A DNA stretch of 40,785 bases from Octopus bimaculoides (GCF_001194135.2 NC_068990.1:24444029-24484813); one strand, 5' to 3'. Positions 24,486-36,906 are shown, numbered from the stretch's first letter. Translations and numbers: made by a program. Notes: generated by a model from the letters alone, not told the origin.

Positions 24486-24880
24486 GAAAACTGTGTAACC
24501 ACCTCTAAGTGCCTTCACTGTCTCGGGTACACAGCACTTAATCGGTTGTGACGTCTACCACCTCACCAGAGGAGGAGTGGGTTAGAACACTCATTAACAG
24601 TAATTTGATAAAGTAAAAGAATTAAATTTATGTTTACACGAAAGGCTGACATTTTGACACATTTCCACTAACAAGATTGCAATTATGCTTCAGTTACTCT
24701 GATCTCTATTTGTATTTGCTATTATCATTTATTTCTAATTTGGCATTGATTTCTTTTCTTATCTTATAGACAGGAGAGAATGAGGAACTCATCATTATAA
24801 ACTCATCGTTATTTGCAGGACTTCTGCCTCACGCCCACCAGAAACCTGGCCGAACTGAGCCATAGCAAGAGATTCTGAAA

Positions 24881-25198
24881 TGAAACCTAGCTTCAATGCG
24901 TACAACAGAGTGTTATACTAGCTGCTACTGAGTTCGACATCTAGCGGCGAGCTGTGTCCTTAAGCAAGGTGATTTATTTCATGTTGCTCCAGTTCACTCA
25001 GCTGGCAACAATGAGTTGTACCAGCAACTCAAAGGGCCAGCCTTATCATATTTTATGTCACGCTGAATCTCTCTGAGTGTTACATTATGTGTACGCGTGT
25101 CTGTAGAGTACTCAGCCACTTGCACGTTAATTTCATGAGCAAGCTGTTATGTTGATCGGATCAACTGAACCTACGTTGTTGTAGCCGACGGAGTGCCA
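24881..25198 (+). mobile_element. Diverged family-E SINE with family-C-type tail
   Basis: gttgctccagttcactcagctggcaacaatgagttgtacc core, then the ctcagccacttgcacgttaatttca...gacggagtgcc tail shared with family C. Confidence 0.8.
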
Positions 25199-25518
25199 GT
25201 TATTAACTCGGTGAGTCGATGAATCAGGTCTCAGATTCATAGTCCTGTTTGTGTCATGCCTCTGTCTAATTGAATAGCGTACCATAGACACTGAAACATA
25301 ATCCAAATTAGCGTATTATCTTTTATCTTGATGTTGGTGTAGTAGTGCTGTCATTGAAGTCGTCGTTGCTGTTATCGATTATATCGAAGTCGACCGTAAA
25401 TGAGCAGATCTATGCTCAAAGACACTTTAGCTATACTCAATAGGATTTCGAGGGTACTTATGTCAGGGACAACATTATCCATCCATTGTCTTCTTTGTTT
25501 AATTTGGAAATTGCAACT

Positions 25519-25931
25519 AAGGCGGTGAGCGAGAAGTATCGTTAGGACGCCGGACAATACGCATAGCGGTGTTTCTTCAAAACCTTACGTTCTGCCTTCA
25601 GATGCCGCTAAGTTCGATTTTGCCTTTCAGGATCGATAAGACAAGTACCAACTGAGCAGTGCAGTTGGTGTAATCGACTAACTCCTTCCTCTGAAATTGC
25701 TGGTCTGTGCCAATATTTTAGACTAATATCGAAGTGTTAATGAGGTGGATGGAGAGATGGCAGAAGCGTAATCACACCAGACAAAAATGCGTGCCGGCAT
25801 TTCTTCCGGCTTTACATTTTGAGTTCAAATTCCACCTGAGTCGACTTTGCCTTTTGAGGGTCGACAAAATAAGTACCAGTTGAGCAGTAAGGTCGTTATC
25901 ATCAACTTACCGCTTCCTCTAAAATTGTAGG
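25519..25931 (+). mobile_element. Two diverged tandem family-B SINEs (25519-25723, 25745-25931)
   Basis: Decayed heads, B-box gagttcaaattcc, and aagtacca(g/a)(t/c)tgagcagt core. Confidence 0.7.
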
Positions 25932-25967
25932 AATTCACTCGGATTTAATTTTTTTCATTCGCAAATA

Positions 25968-26157
25968 TGCGTAGTAGTGGCTGTGTGGTAAGTAGCTTGC
26001 TTACGAACCACATGGTTCCGGGTTCAGTCCTACTGCGTGGCACCTTGGGCAAGTGTCTTCTACTATAGCCTCGGGCAGACCAAAGCCTTGTGAGTGGATT
26101 TGGTAGACGGAAACTGAAAGAAGCCCGTCGTATATATGTATATATATATATATATAC
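25968..26157 (+). mobile_element. Family-A SINE 5' half running into (TA)n and an assembly gap
   Basis: gtggctgtgtggtaagtagcttgc...gggttcagtcc...caccttgggcaagtgtcttctactatagcc...ggaaactgaaagaagcccgtcg(TA)n. Confidence 0.92.
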
Positions 26158-27160
26158 NNNNNNNNNNNNNNNNNNNNNNNNNNNNNNNNNNNNNNNNNNN
26201 NNNNNNNNNNNNNNNNNNNNNNNNNNNNNNNNNNNNNNNNNNNNNNNNNNNNNNNNNNNNNNNNNNNNNNNNNNNNNNNNNNNNNNNNNNNNNNNNNNNN
26301 NNNNNNNNNNNNNNNNNNNNNNNNNNNNNNNNNNNNNNNNNNNNNNNNNNNNNNNNNNNNNNNNNNNNNNNNNNNNNACGTATATGCGGCGATGCGGAGA
26401 GAGAGGGGAGAGAGGGAGAGAGAGAGAGAGAGAGAAGAGATGCAGAGTAAACGGAACAAGAAATCGGAGAATATGAATGTGACTAAATGCATTGTTTTAA
26501 TGACAGAAACACGACGGATGACATTAAACATTCCGGAACTCGAACTTCAGAAGAACTGCAATTGAACGAGAATACAAATTTCATCGGCGAATAAAAAAAA
26601 AAAAAATTTGTAAATTTTGGTGATTTTATTAAATACTATTGTACATAATTAAGAAAGCAATTCTGTTGTTGAATTATTATGATGCATTTATTGGATAACA
26701 AATCGATAATTTTGTTTCAAATTATCATTTTGTTGTCAAATAAACAGCACTGGTGTTAACGCGACTGTTAGTATATATATGTTGATTTATTTTGCCGTAT
26801 TTTTGTATATTTTGTGTTCATTAATGGCTGTATTCAGCTAGTGATGTAGATAGCAATATAAAAATAAGTGAAGCGTCTTATTAGCATATTAAAGCAGGAT
26901 ACATTAGTGAAGTTAACAATATAGCCAATGATACAATGATACTACTGTAAAAATGGGATGAATAATTCATTTACGTACTCCATTCTCTGCAGAGAAAGAC
27001 GGCGTCTTTTAACATAATCGGTATCTATATTAGATATCTCTAACTACCTATATCTAGCTGTTTATCTCTCTCTCTTTCTCTCTCGCTATCTATTTATCTA
27101 TCTATCTATCGGGTATCTATCTTTCCATCCATCATTCTATATGTATTTACAGACATATGT

Positions 27161-27373
27161 CTCTTTACTTGTTTCAGTGATTCTACTGTGGCCATGCTGG
27201 AGCACCGCCTTTAGTCGAGAAAATCGACCACAGGACTTATTTTTTGTAAGCCTAGTACTTATTCTATCGTTCTCTTTTGCCAAACCGCTAAGTTACGGGA
27301 ACGTAAACACACCAGCGTCAGTTGTCAAGCGATGCTGGGGAGACAAACACAGACACACAAACATATACACACG

Positions 27374-27407
<34 letters not shown>
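27161..27407 (-). mobile_element. Family-A/D SINE 3' half running into (TA)n and an assembly gap
   Basis: Closely matches 19296-19500. Confidence 0.9.
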
Positions 27408-27730
27408 NNNNNNNNNNNNNNNNNNNNNNNNNNNNNNNNNNNNNNNNNNNNNNNNNNNNNNNNNNNNNNNNNNNNNNNNNNNNNNNNNNNNNNNNNNNNN
27501 NNNNNNNNNNNNNNNNNNNNNNNNNNNNNNNNNNNNNNNNNNNNNNNNNNNNNNNNNNNNNNNNNNNNNNNNNNNNNNNNNNNNNNNNNNNNNNNNNNNN
27601 NNNNNNNNNNNNNNNNNNNNNNNNNNNNNNNNNNNNNNNNNNNNNNNNNNNNNNNNNNNATATATATATATGCGTGTGTGTTTGTGTGTATGTGCATGTT
27701 TGTGCATGCGTATGTATGTGTGCGTGCGTG

Positions 27731-27745
27731 AGTAGTAGTAGCAGC

Positions 27746-27810
<65 letters not shown>

Positions 27811-27918
27811 CAGCAGCAGCAGCTACAGTGATAATAAAATTGTGTTATTCAGCAACTTACAATATGAATCATTAGTAATTTCATACAAATTGCTGAACTT
27901 ACCTATTCCCGAAAATAC

Positions 27919-27992
<74 letters not shown>
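27731..27992. repeat. (AGT/AGC)n tract (27731-27822) and (AC)n tract (27921-27992)
   Basis: Directly visible. Confidence 0.95.
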
Positions 27993-27994
<2 letters not shown>

Positions 27995-29390
27995 ATGTAT
28001 GCATGTATATATGTATGTATGTATGTATGTAAGTAGAAAGTATTCAATACTAACATATAGAGTGTTCAATGTAATACTACTTACAGATGTCTCATCGTGG
28101 TTTCTTTAATTTTCATGCTTATTATTATCGTGAACATATTGTCTTGTTCTCTTCTTTGAGGGGGTATCAATTTTTTTGCTTTGCTTTTTCTTGTATCTAC
28201 TCTCAGATACATACACACACATATCTCCTTTCAAATACATACACACTCAAGCACTCTAATTCAGACACACACACATACACTTAGACACATCTATCTATGG
28301 AAAATATTCATTACTGCGAGTTTTATTACACTCGACTTTGAAAACATCAACTTAGATATTAGACAAAATAAACCATTTCTGTTGCTATAAGAACGCACAT
28401 TAGACGGTAACAATTTAGAAAAAAAGATTGAAATTACAAAAAGCGATAACTAGAATTCTAATAATTCTGAAATACTATAGAGTAAAGAAAAATGAAAGAG
28501 AAAAACATGGATTTTTCATTTCATATATATGTGCTTATGTATGTGTTTATACTATTGTTTGCATGTGTGTGTCTCCATGTGTGTTTGTGTGTGTGCGTGT
28601 GTGTGTCTGCCCGTCTGTCTATCTTTCTATGTATGTATACAAGTAAATGAGAATGCGATTAACGATTCATCAACAACAAATACGAGATCCCAGGATTAGA
28701 CCAGTCAAATTATGATAAAATAAGCTCACACAGCTAGTAGACACAACCAAAAGCTAAACAACCCTAAGTTTGGTCGTGACTTTTCCTTTTTATGGCTAGT
28801 ATTCTGATTGACATAGGACATGTCTACTGGTGACAAGCTTCAATGTGATCTTTTAATCTGGCTGCTGATGACTTTAATATAGGTACGTAGCAGAAAACTA
28901 ACCGCGGAAATCCCTTAACTCACCACTTGACCATCCTTAACTAATCGTTCTCTACGTTAACTGTCAACAAACGATTTGTAGAACTACGACCAGAAGAGCT
29001 AAATTTTGCAGCACAGCTACATATAACACACTTTCAGGATCAACAAATATATAATGTATATATGTTTGTGTATGTGTGTGTGTAGTGTATATATAAGATG
29101 AACACGCTCGTCGTTAGATGACGTATGAGGGTTCGGCAATTTCTTACTGAACAACCACACGGATGATTTGTTTATAGTGATCAAATCGTCATTACCTGTA
29201 CAGGTACAGCCGAAACCATCAGGTGTCGCTACTGACTGTTTGTACGAAGGATTATTTACCTAAATTCAGTGGAATACATCCACTGGTTTTGAAAAATAGA
29301 AATATTGATATTTGTAAGTCTCTCTAGAGGAGACTACGGCAGTGGTACTGGATATTAATAGTTATCGCCAAGCCAACATGGCAGAATTTC

Positions 29391-29622
29391 TTATTTCTTT
29401 ATTGCCCACAAGGGGTTAAACATAGAGGAGACAAACAAGGACAGACAAAAGTTTTAAGTCGATTACATCGACCCTAGTGAGTAACTGGTACTTAATTTAT
29501 CGACCCCGAAACGATGAAAGGTAAAGTCGACCTCGTTGGAATTTGAACTCAGAGCCCAAGTGCGGGCGAAACACTGCAAAGCGTCTCGTCAAACTTGCGA
29601 ACAATTCTGCCAGCTCGCCGCA
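29391..29622 (-). mobile_element. Family-B SINE: old diverged head with B1-type tail
   Basis: The B1 tail is well conserved; the head shares diagnostic variants with 31838-32002. Confidence 0.85.
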
Positions 29623-30528
29623 TCGACATGACTACGATATTAGAAGTGGGAGTGTTTCCGTTTCAAAGTTTTTCAATTAATAGGCGAATAGCGTGTTTTA
29701 TTTGTTAATAATTTTTATTAAAAATAAGTTTGGGGGTTCACATCTTTTCTATAAAGTCATGCAAAAAGAAAAAAGCCGAACAACTACACGATTTTTTTGT
29801 AGAATTTCAAGGAGTTTTTGTCGATTTATTTTGAATATATCTTATTCGTGAAGGGTTGGTGGGGAACTGAAGATGAGCTGCTGCCAATGTTTCAAAGGAA
29901 TTGCGCGAAAAAAGACAAAAAAGAAAAAAAAATTATTAAAACGTGCTAATCAAATTTGACACCGCTTATATTAGGGGAAAGTCTTAAAAATTTCGCGCAC
30001 TAATCACGGGATTCCTGTATATATTTTGGAAATATTTGCATGTACGTTTCTCGTGTCTTACTAAGTACCTCAAATCAGTGCATTGTAGGAGGAAAATTAT
30101 TTTCATAATCGGACTTGTCATATCTCAAAGCATATAATACTACACTTTTCACGGAAAACGGAGGAGAGTTGAACACTAGGAAATCCCCACCCACCTCGAC
30201 GTGTGTGTGTGTGTGGGAGGAATGCATGCTCTAGTTTCCTACTCACCTCTCGCCACTGATAGATAGATAGATAAATAGATAGATAATGTGTGTGAGTGTG
30301 TGTGGCTGTATAAATTTTGTGACAAAACACATTTTCTAACATCTTTCAACCAAATAATCAAGAATTTGATTCTATTTGTGTCTCAAGTACTCCATAATTA
30401 ATTTACTGATGTAATTGCTTCCTACTACAGAAAATATTTGTTCACAAACACAGATTAGAGTTTTGATTGCTGAGACTTAAACTTACGTAGTAAATATAAA
30501 TTGTAAGAAATGGCAAACTAGATATTCT

Positions 30529-30903
30529 TTTCTACTCAAGGCACAAGGCCCGAAATTTTGGAGAGGGTGCCAGTCGATTAGATAGACCCAAGTATGAAAA
30601 TGGTACTTAATTTATTGACCCCCAAAAAGATGAAGGGTAAAGTCGACCCCTGCGGAATTTGAACTCAGAACGTAGACAGACGAAATACTTCTAAGCATTT
30701 TGCCTGGCGTGCTAGCGTTTCTTATTTCTTTATTGTCCAGAAGGGGCTAAACACAGAGGAAATAAAAAGGACAGACAAAGAGATTAAGTCGATTACATCG
30801 ACCTCAGTGCGTAACTGGTACTTAATTTATCGACTCACTCCGAAAGGATGAAAGGCAAAGTCGATCCGGCGTGCTAACGTTTCTTCTCGCTCGCGGCCTT
30901 ATT
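30529..30903 (-). mobile_element. Family-B SINE dimer (B1 then B2) with 14-bp TSD
   Basis: TSD aaactagatattct at 30515-30528 and 30904-30917; junction at 30721/30722. Confidence 0.9.
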
Positions 30904-31837
30904 AAACTAGATATTCTATAGAAGGTCTTCTAAAATTTCGTGACTGTTGTTTCTGTGGCTTTAAGTTTACGTATCGAGATACCAAAACCATGTGTTTTCT
31001 GAAATACTATACATTATCTTTGAGAGAGTATAATGCTAGTGCTAACTGGGTTAGTTAACAGATACACGTGGTCAATCAGTTCTGAATGATATAGGAATTA
31101 AGATTTTTGATAAAAATGTTTCCTGTTTCCTGAAAGATCACAGTTAGGTTTCAACACGCTAGCGAAATATTTACCAATTTTTTATACTGAGGCTATATTA
31201 TATACTTATACTGTGTATTTAAATTGAACTAACCACAGGACCTCCACGAATTCGCTTGACTTGCTAAATTTGCGAAGAAATATAAATATCATTCAGATCT
31301 AACCCAAGTGTTCTAAATGACCAAATGGTGGCAGTTGATTTATCTTCAGAACTGGTTGATCTTGTTCTAAACATCAAAGACCTACGTAGAGCTCGTTTAC
31401 AGTGACGGATGGCAATCATAAACACAGCGTAGTCGCAGTCATGTGTCACGCGTGGTCAGTCGCTTTGCTGGTTATCACTTACCCTATCGATATGTTTTCA
31501 GCAGCCTCATATGTTTGCCAACACTCCTAAATTCAAGTATCCCAATGAATACTGTTTCCATGAAGAGAAACACAAGAGCCACCGTTCTTTCATGTCATTA
31601 ATTATCACTGTTGTTATTGCTTTCGTCGTCATAGTTGCTATTTAAGTTGATGTCAGTCAAGAATCCGTTGCTCCATGCGAAAGCATTCTGGCTTTGATCA
31701 TTCATTCATTTCCTCAGAAACAGTGCAACGACGACTACATTATTCAAAGTGTCCTTCTTTTCTATAATGACAGAGTATGAACTGAAAAAATATTTGACTA
31801 CTGTTTCTAATGGGTTAAGTGAACAGGTAGTGATACC

Positions 31838-32345
31838 CCTCATTGGATCGTTAAGTACGCGAAACAGGTACTTAATTTATCCACCCCGAACACTTGAAAG
31901 GCAAAGTCGACCCCGGCAGAATTTGAACTCAGAGCGCAAGTGCATGTGAGATACTGCAAAGCATCTCGTCCGACTTGCTAACAAATCTGCCAGATCGCCG
32001 CCTCGATATGGCTACGATATTAGAAGTGGGAGTGTCTCCGTTTCAAAGTTTTTGAATTAATAGGCAAAAAGCGTTTTTATTCTATAAATAATTTTTATGA
32101 AAAATGTGGGGGTCCAAATCTTTTCTATGAACTCATGAAAAAACTAAAAAAAAACGAAGGTAAAAATCGACCCCTGCAGCATTTGAACTCAGAATGTAAA
32201 GGAGGACGATACGCTGCTAAGCATTTTGTCCAGCTGTTAACGATTCTACCAGCTCTTCGCCCTTACGCTTTTGTGCCTATTGTGGAAGAGAATATAGATA
32301 CAAGGCCGCAAATTTGAGGGAGAGGTATAGTGGATTTCAATCAGC
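31838..32345 (-). mobile_element. Diverged family-B SINE fragments (31838-32002, 32163-32265, tail piece to 32345)
   Basis: B core and head motifs on the minus strand. Confidence 0.7.
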
Positions 32346-33124
32346 ACCCGTAGTTGGCTTGTAATGTATTTTAGTTAAGATGTAAATACACTAACTGATT
32401 TTAATTAAATAACTTCCTGGAAATTTCCAGAATATTTCGTATCTTCATGTATTGCAGCTCATAGAAAACATTTAGAATGCTTGTTTTGTGCATGACTCAG
32501 TCATTTTACTTATCTATGCAATCGACAGGATTATATCACGCTCAGTCGTCTACTTCAGTGTGGTAAAATCGGTGTTAAATGGGTGAAATATCCTCCTGAA
32601 TGGGACATCATTTATATTATGAATCATCCCTTGCAGAATGTATTAAACATAATGCTTTATGTGAAGTATTATAATGCATCGTGCTGCCCATTTAGAACTG
32701 GCTAGACTCGGTTATTGTGTCCTGGGAGCTTCTAAGCAACGATCGACCCCTTTAAAACCGCAGTAAATCTTTAAAACACGCTGTAAAGCATAAGAGCACA
32801 CATTGGATGTACAGCTAAATATATTATAATCTAAATAAAAGGCAGGATGGTTTCTGACTTGTTCAATCAAGTAACAGATATCTTCGACCTGTAAAATAGA
32901 TTTATTCGATCAGGGCGGGATTCAAATTAGAGTGGTTAGTCGGCAGAGCAGACGACAAAGCGCCTCTTATTTGTTTCAACTCATTACACGTTGAGTTCAA
33001 ATCTCACCGAGATCAACTTTACCTTTCGTCCCTTTCGAGTGGTGGACGCCTTGCGGTATTAATTCCAGCTATTCCATTGAGTTGTTAGTTGGTTGACCTT
33101 ATCCGTCTACCGGTGTATTGACAT

Positions 33125-33409
33125 TTCATCGGTTACGACGACGCATTCAGTTGAAATTAACTTGCAAGTGGCTGAGCACTCCACTGACACGCGTAACCAT
33201 AACGTAGTTCTCAGGAAGATTTGGCGTGACACAGAATGTGACAACGCTGGCCCTTTGAATTACTGGTACAACTCATTTTTGCCAGCTGAGTGGACTGGAG
33301 CAACGTAAAATAAAGTGTCATGTTCAATGGCACAACGCACGGTCGGGTATCGAACTTACGACCTTAAGATCGCTAACGGAATACCCTAACCACTAAGCCA
33401 TGCATCTCC
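33125..33409 (-). mobile_element. Family-E SINE with family-C-type tail
   Basis: Head tggcttagtggttagggt...agttcgataccc, core ctccagtccactcagctggcaaaaatgagttgtacc, tail gctcagccacttgcaagttaatttca. Confidence 0.85.
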
Positions 33410-34065
33410 CGGTGTCAAACTTTCGCCTCATCCTTGGCCGTATTTAGCAGAGATCACACAGTTACATGCATTTGGGCAAGATAACTGGTCTGAGTTTCAC
33501 TTCCTTCATTTCATTTACCATTCTCAAAGATCCTGAAATTATAATCATTCACGAGCGTTGCCCTTACCTCCCCAGCGAAACATCAAAATAAAACAATACA
33601 ACAACCACATCGAATGTGTTGACCACACTCATAATAATCCAATAAGATTATTGACTCGATTATCTCCCTTTTAGATCTAAATAGAAAGCTTGCAGCTAAA
33701 ACTAATTACTGACTTTCCTGAAAAACATAAATAAATAAATACAACCATATTTTATTTTTCTTCTTCTACGTGGGTGGGAATAATGATTTTCCCCTCCCGT
33801 TTCTTTCTAATCCTGTCTTCTTTGATGAAATTCCAACAATCACATTGTTTCCTCCTTTGTTTCCCCATATCTCTGATCTTGTCAATGATTTATGTTTCCA
33901 AAGTGCATATGTACTGATAATGCAGTAGATGGTTTAGTGTATTGATGCGATGCTGTACAGATAGAAACAGTTCGAATACAAAATTGCGTTAGAAGTAACG
34001 TAGCACAGAAGCGGTTTGGATAATAGTTAAAAGCTGAAAGACTAAAAGAGAAAGGCGACAATCGG

Positions 34066-34074
<9 letters not shown>

Positions 34075-34113
<39 letters not shown>

Positions 34114-34125
34114 CAAAGAAAACAG

Positions 34126-34167
<42 letters not shown>

Positions 34168-34200
34168 GGGGAAGGAAGACAGAAAGAGGGAGTGAGAGAA
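34075..34200. repeat. (GA)n polypurine tract
   Basis: Directly visible. Confidence 0.95.
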
Positions 34201-34601
34201 GGCGGTAGAGGATGAGAGAGTGAAATCTACCAATGACGAATCTGTCTGCACGTTTTAGCCGATTCAAACTACTTTTTTTCTTTTTCTTCTTTTCTTCTTC
34301 CTCCTTTCTTTTCCTTTTGGTTGCTTCCCCCCTCACCCCCAACACTTCTTTGCTCANNNNNNNNNNNNNNNNNNNNNNNNNNNNNNNNNNNNNNNNNNNN
34401 NNNNNNNNNNNNNNNNNNNNNNNNNNNNNNNNNNNNNNNNNNNNNNNNNNNNNNNNNNNNNNNNNNNNNNNNNNNNNNNNNNNNNNNNNNNNNNNNNNNN
34501 NNNNNNNNNNNNNNNNNNNNNNNNNNNNNNNNNNNNNNNNNNNNNNNNNNNNNNNNNNNNNNNNNNNNNNNNNNNNNNNNNNNNNNNNNNNNNNNNNNNN
34601 N

Positions 34602-34661
34602 NTACTACTACTACTACTACTCCTCTTCCTACTACTACTACTACTCCTCCTCCTCCTCTTC

Positions 34662-34716
<55 letters not shown>

Positions 34717-34869
34717 CCCCATCAATCCTCCATCACTACCTCAATTTTACTCAGTATCTGTGATGTCGTTATTACCATTGTCATTCTCACTATCGCTATT
34801 CCAATCATTATCCCCCTCCTGCTGATTATTATCCCCCTCCTGCTGATTATTATCACCCTGCTGCTGATT
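34602..34869. repeat. (CTA/CTC)n tract plus a 21-bp minisatellite x3 (attatccccctcctgctgatt, 34807-34869)
   Basis: Directly visible. Confidence 0.9.
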
Positions 34870-35228
34870 ATCGTCACTTACCACAAAATGCTATCCACAC
34901 CCTTAAATCGATTGCCGTCCCATCCTTCACAATCACCATCATTATCATCTGCATCATTATCATTATCATCGTTAATGATAATGACAGTGATGCTTAGCAC
35001 TATCATTGCGGCTAAATAACAACAGCAACAACAACTACGGAAAATGTAGTATCATATTGTTATATCTCAGTAAATATCTCCTATGATATATTTGCCAATA
35101 ACTATTAGATCGTAATACTTTAGTAGTTTTGCTGAATTTCCTATGTCTACCTTCGTCTTTTATTCTGGAAAGGATATTTAGGTCAGTGGTCCCCACTCTG
35201 ACAAATACAAGAACCCCATCCACATCCT

Positions 35229-35615
35229 TGTTGTTGTTGGCACTCCGTCGTTTATGACGTCGAGGGTTCCAGTTGATCCGATCAACGGAACAGCCTGCTC
35301 GTGAAATTAACGTGCAAGTGGCTGAGCACTCCACAGACACGTGTACCCTTAACGTAGTTCTCGGGGATATTCAGCGTAACACAGTGTGACAAGGCTGACC
35401 CTTTGAATTGCAGGCACAACAGAAACAGGAAGTAAGAGTGAGAGAAAGTTGTGATGAAAGAGTACAGCAGGGTTCACCACCATCCCCTGCCGGAGCCTCG
35501 TGGAGCTTTAGGTGTTTTCGCTCAATAAACACTCACAACGCCCGGTTTGGGAATCGAAACCGCGATCCTATGACCGCGAGTCCGCTGCCCTAACCACTGG
35601 GCCATTGTGCCTCCA
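35229..35615 (-). mobile_element. Family-C tRNA-derived SINE, full length, (CAA)n tail
   Basis: A-box tggcccagtggttagg, B-box ggtttcgattccc, ends gacggagtgccaacaacaacaa. Confidence 0.93.
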
Positions 35616-35884
35616 CCCCATCCACATCACACATACGGTTAAATACATCAACACCACCATGACCACCAACACCATTAAATAAGTATTAACCAAATTTTCA
35701 GCCCTGTTCCGAGAGTCTATATTTCTAAGGTGTCAAAATACCGTTTGTTTTTTGCATAATACTGCTTTCATCGCAGTTATATTGAACAAGTTTAAAAAGC
35801 TTGGAATCATCTAATTAAACTTGTCAATTTTCCGCCTCTTTTTTACTCCACAGAACCTTTTCTGCGAGAAACAATATTTTTAGC

Positions 35885-36231
35885 CAGGGTTCTCAATCGG
35901 GGTCCATATGGCCCTTGAGGATCCACGTAAGATTCTTGAGGGTCCGCGCAACAAAATAGTAAATTGGGGATCCACATTAGTATTTTCAGGGCCCCTGAAA
36001 AGTCTTGCTTCAGATGTCTATTCTTATGTATTGCAAGAAACAGCTGGGTGTTTTTTCTCTAATATTTTACATAGTTTAACCTACACAAGTTAATGTGTAG
36101 AAAGCAAAATAGGAAGTTTGGAAGAAGTTTCTATAAATCTAATTTGTAGGTATAAATGACAAGAGGGTTTCGCCAGAATAAAGTAGTTATCAAAGGGATC
36201 CCGAGGTAAAGAAAATGGTCGAGGAACACTG
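35885..36231. mobile_element. Probable hAT-type MITE
   Basis: Imperfect short TIRs (cagggttctcaatc / rc cagtgttcctcgacc) starting with CAG; only a partial TSD (ttttag on both sides). Confidence 0.5.
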
Positions 36232-36754
36232 TTTTAGGTCTATTTCAGATGATCATTTCTACAATCAAATGTGTCCCAGCCAGTCATGACCAAATATTCA
36301 AATGTAGAATGACTAAAACTAGATTAACCAATGTATCCTTCCAGGAGATCACTTAATAGGATTTGGCTGTTATTTCAACAACGTCAGACAGAAAACTAGA
36401 TAGAGAGATCGAGGTTCACTTCATTTGTCTGTCCAGTACTTTCTTATATTCGATGATGAAGGTCAGATAGAAAGTACTTTGTATTGATTTCCTCTCTTGG
36501 TTCACTGCTATAAATATATTGATGAGGAGTATAATCGATTGAATTGATTATATATACTTTTTCCTATTTACTTTGGCAACATCAAGTGGCTGGAATGCAG
36601 AGACAGCATCGAGATTTCTTTTCAAAAGACTACCGAAGACCAGGAGAGATTATCTGTCTTTTATCAAAGCAAAAAGAAGATCAACACTTAGTACTTGATC
36701 AAACTTGACTTGTACGCCGTCGTCGTCGCCGGCGTCGGTCACCATCGGTGTCAC

Positions 36755-36810
<56 letters not shown>

Positions 36811-36854
36811 CAGCAGCAGCAGTAGTAGTAGTAGTAGTGGTGGTGCTGCTGGTG

Positions 36855-36906
<52 letters not shown>

